This document shows, in pieces, positions 61,733 to 64,000 of a DNA stretch of 64,000 nucleotides; the stretch's first letter is position 1, and each line of letters starts with the position of its first letter. The notes under the pieces are model-generated. The model was not told the DNA's origin. It did no database searches and saw only the letters and a list, made by a program, of their open reading frames with translations. Origin of the DNA: Tubulanus polymorphus (Eukaryota > Animalia > Nemertea); NCBI RefSeq assembly GCF_964204645.1, contig NC_134028.1, positions 14,887,653-14,951,652 of the forward strand. The letters are read 5' to 3'. The translations under genes were made by a program, and so were the position numbers.

Positions 61733-61931
61733 ATAGTACATAACATACCTGATAAAAGTCCTAATATGTAATAGATGAAATCTAAGTGACGGACGCCTCG
61801 TCACAGCTTGATTAAATTTTTCATAGTAAGAAATCACAGCAATTCGGGGAAACAACCTCAAGTACGGGGTGTAACGGATTCCGTGGACACGGTAACCAAA
61901 ATAGCTTCTCTGTAATATTTGGATCTCGCGG

Positions 61932-62689
61932 CACAGGGGTTTGGCGATGGGCTTGGATTTTATTTCCGGGTTGTTGATAATCTCGCGAGAATGGCGCTAA
62001 ATATGAACTGCGAATAAATTCAAAATATCACGGAAATACCTTGTGTTTATATTGTTTATTTATCCGCTATAAAGTTTCGATAAACAATTGGTCGTTAAGA
62101 ATCATTATCAGACGGTCGCCACGCTACTATATAAAAGAACAAGGGATGAAACGCAGTTCAAGTCGTGCCAGCCAGAAAGTTGGGACAGTCACGTGACTTA
62201 ACGCTTCTTATTTGACTGAATGCAAACCCGAAGCATCTAAGACGGAAACTATGATACGAAAAATGTTTGAGAATAACTTACATTCAAATGCATTTTTTGA
62301 CTATGAATTATATATTTCATCATAATTTATTCTGTATAAGTTATTTATTTCATATGAATCATAATCTGACAATTGATATCGGTCTGTGAATATGTTAACT
62401 TTTCGTGTTGAAGTTTTAAATGCGATGACGTCATCAGAATGTCACGTGACTGTCCCAACTTTCTGGCTGAAAATTTAAGTACAGCGGAGGCCTGGCGTTT
62501 CATCCCTTGTTCTTTTATATAGTAGTGTGGCGAACGTCTGATAATGATTCTTAACGATAAATAAACAATATAAACACAAGGTATTTCCGTGATATTTTGA
62601 ATTTATGCGCAGTTCATATTTAGCGCCATTCTCGCAAGATTATCAACAACCCGGGAAATAAAATCCAAGCCCATCGCCAAACCCCTGTG
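61932..62689. mobile_element. Foldback MITE with ~250-bp TIRs and 8-bp TSD
   Basis: CACAGGGGTTTGGCG.. termini; TSD TCTCGCGG at 61924-61931 and 62690-62697. Confidence 0.9.
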
Positions 62690-63336
62690 TCTCGCGGGGG
62701 ACAAGCAACTCCTGCAGCTGTGCTTGTCCCGCCGCCACCCAACTTGGGCCTCACATGGCCCGGATCCTCGGGTGTCCCCTATCTCTTCGTGCCTCTTCAC
62801 CGTTGGTGGGTACGTCCGGGTCCGCTCGCCCTCCTCTTGGAGGAGAGTAATAGAGCTGGAACCCTGCTGGCCAAAAAAATGTCGGTAGCGTGGCTCCGGC
62901 CTCTCCTCAGCTGACCGGATTCCTCGTGCCCTTGAAGTTAGACTAGTTTACCCTGACTCTCTTCCTCACTCCAAACGTCCACGACAACTCAAACGGCATT
63001 CTTAATTTAGAAATAGTAAATGTATGTACATTTATTGCAGACGAATTAATTCTGGCATTGCACCTCGCGATAATTTCTAAATATATACATTATTATTAGG
63101 TGATCACGGTCGTTCTTACTATTTACACCGGTGTTGTCATATCGCGGAAAGACGGAATCGCGGAATTTTCCAAAAACGCGGAATTTCTTCATTTTTACTA
63201 CAAATAGTAAACGGGTTTTCCCACGAGGATACCCACTGTCGGACAGGGCACCGGACCCAGGATTTCAACACCGGGAATTAGTATTTGATAATTTATTATA
63301 TCGCCAGTCAACAACTTAACGATACTGTTCCAAATA

Positions 63337-63418
63337 ATGGAGAACCTAGGCAATACGTGCTTTGCGAATTCAGTGATACAGAGTATCGCTGCATTAACTG
63401 AAGGAATACAAATCGATG
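63337..63418 (+). CDS. Exon encoding a USP (peptidase C19) Cys-box
   Basis: MENLGNTCFANSVIQSI followed by a GT donor (gtacgt); downstream exons not identified. Confidence 0.55.
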
Positions 63419-63464
63419 GTACGTAAACGTAGGATTTGTGATGACACCATGGGTTATTCTCAAG

Positions 63465-63570
63465 GACTCACTTCCGAGTTAAGATTTGACTCTGGTCTCT
63501 GGATTTAAAACATTGGAAATGAATTGATTCTAAGTAACTCAGAGTTAACTCACAACTGTGGAACTGGATC
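63465..63570 (-). repeat. Isolated end of a Harbinger A/B-family element
   Basis: TAACTCAGAGTTAACTCACAACTGTGGAACTGGATC is the reverse complement of the GAYCCRGTTCCAYAGTTGTG end motif. Confidence 0.55.
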
Positions 63571-64000
63571 GATGTCAGACGAAAATAAATAGACATTATG
63601 TATATTTCATTCTGGCTTAGGATTGTTGATGCGTGTTGTGTGTCTACATTGTTGTTAAAAGCGAAGAATGTGGTTTATCTTTTAGAATTAAATGATATGA
63701 AAGATTATAAAATGGTTTCGTTTTTTTAAATGTTTACTTTGTGACTGCTATAACATATATGTTCCTATGCTGATTATTTGGATCAAAAGAATCTTATTGG
63801 TACCGGTACTGGACAGCCGTAAAATTATAATAATTTCAAAGGAATTTGAACCGGTACTTGTTTGGTCGTAGGATTTCATGTTTCTTCGATAAATATTTCA
63901 TTCCTTTCTGAAGTTCTCAAAAAGTCGATGAACTTCGATAACCGAAGTTTGCCTAGTAGAAATAGACATTAGGTGCCTGGTCTCTTTCACCTCACTTGAT

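Larger units (their letters stand above)
48975..61862. mobile_element. Probable non-autonomous TIR element (TA-flanked, Tc1/mariner-like) acting as host to nested insertions
   Basis: GAGGTTGTTT..CAAGCTGTGACGAAGCGTCCGTCACTTA|GATTTCATCTATTACATA (split by Harbinger C) is the reverse complement of ~61765-61859; TA flanks both ends. Confidence 0.6.

Noticed and set aside
61870-63130. Possible solo LTR (TGTAACGG...TTTACA) around the foldback MITE
   Set aside because: No convincing TSD, primer-binding site or second copy in the window.
19361-63570. Harbinger B extending 44 kb to the lone end at 63570
   Set aside because: There is no matching TSD, the end sequence differs, and the missing 5' part of the A Myb gene does not follow it.

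Overview
This is a eukaryotic window, probably from an invertebrate animal (GT-AG introns, a LINE, DNA transposons), and it is almost entirely nested mobile DNA. It holds two related, very AT-rich Polinton/Maverick (adintovirus-like) elements. Element 1 (<1..15717) has its left end outside the window. Element 2 (26175..44214) is complete, has a 6-bp TSD CGCGAT and sits inside an exon of a MULE/SWIM/Ulp1/PHD transposase gene. Both encode protein-primed PolB, rve integrase with chromodomain, packaging ATPase, major and minor capsid proteins and several predicted membrane proteins. The main finding is a 352-aa intein with two LAGLIDADG motifs in PolB motif C (YFD^TD) of element 1 (11004..12059), while element 2 carries the near-identical empty site. 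Element 1 also encodes a frameshifted Zn-finger/VLTF3-like protein, and most Polinton genes start at a T-tract..TAAATG motif resembling poxvirus late promoters. Element 2 has ~400-bp self-complementary termini, an NCLDV-like HNH nuclease and no recognisable adenain protease. The remainder comprises three PIF/Harbinger elements, a LINE, several MITE/foldback elements and a USP Cys-box exon. All family calls come from motif recognition by eye, with no database searches.
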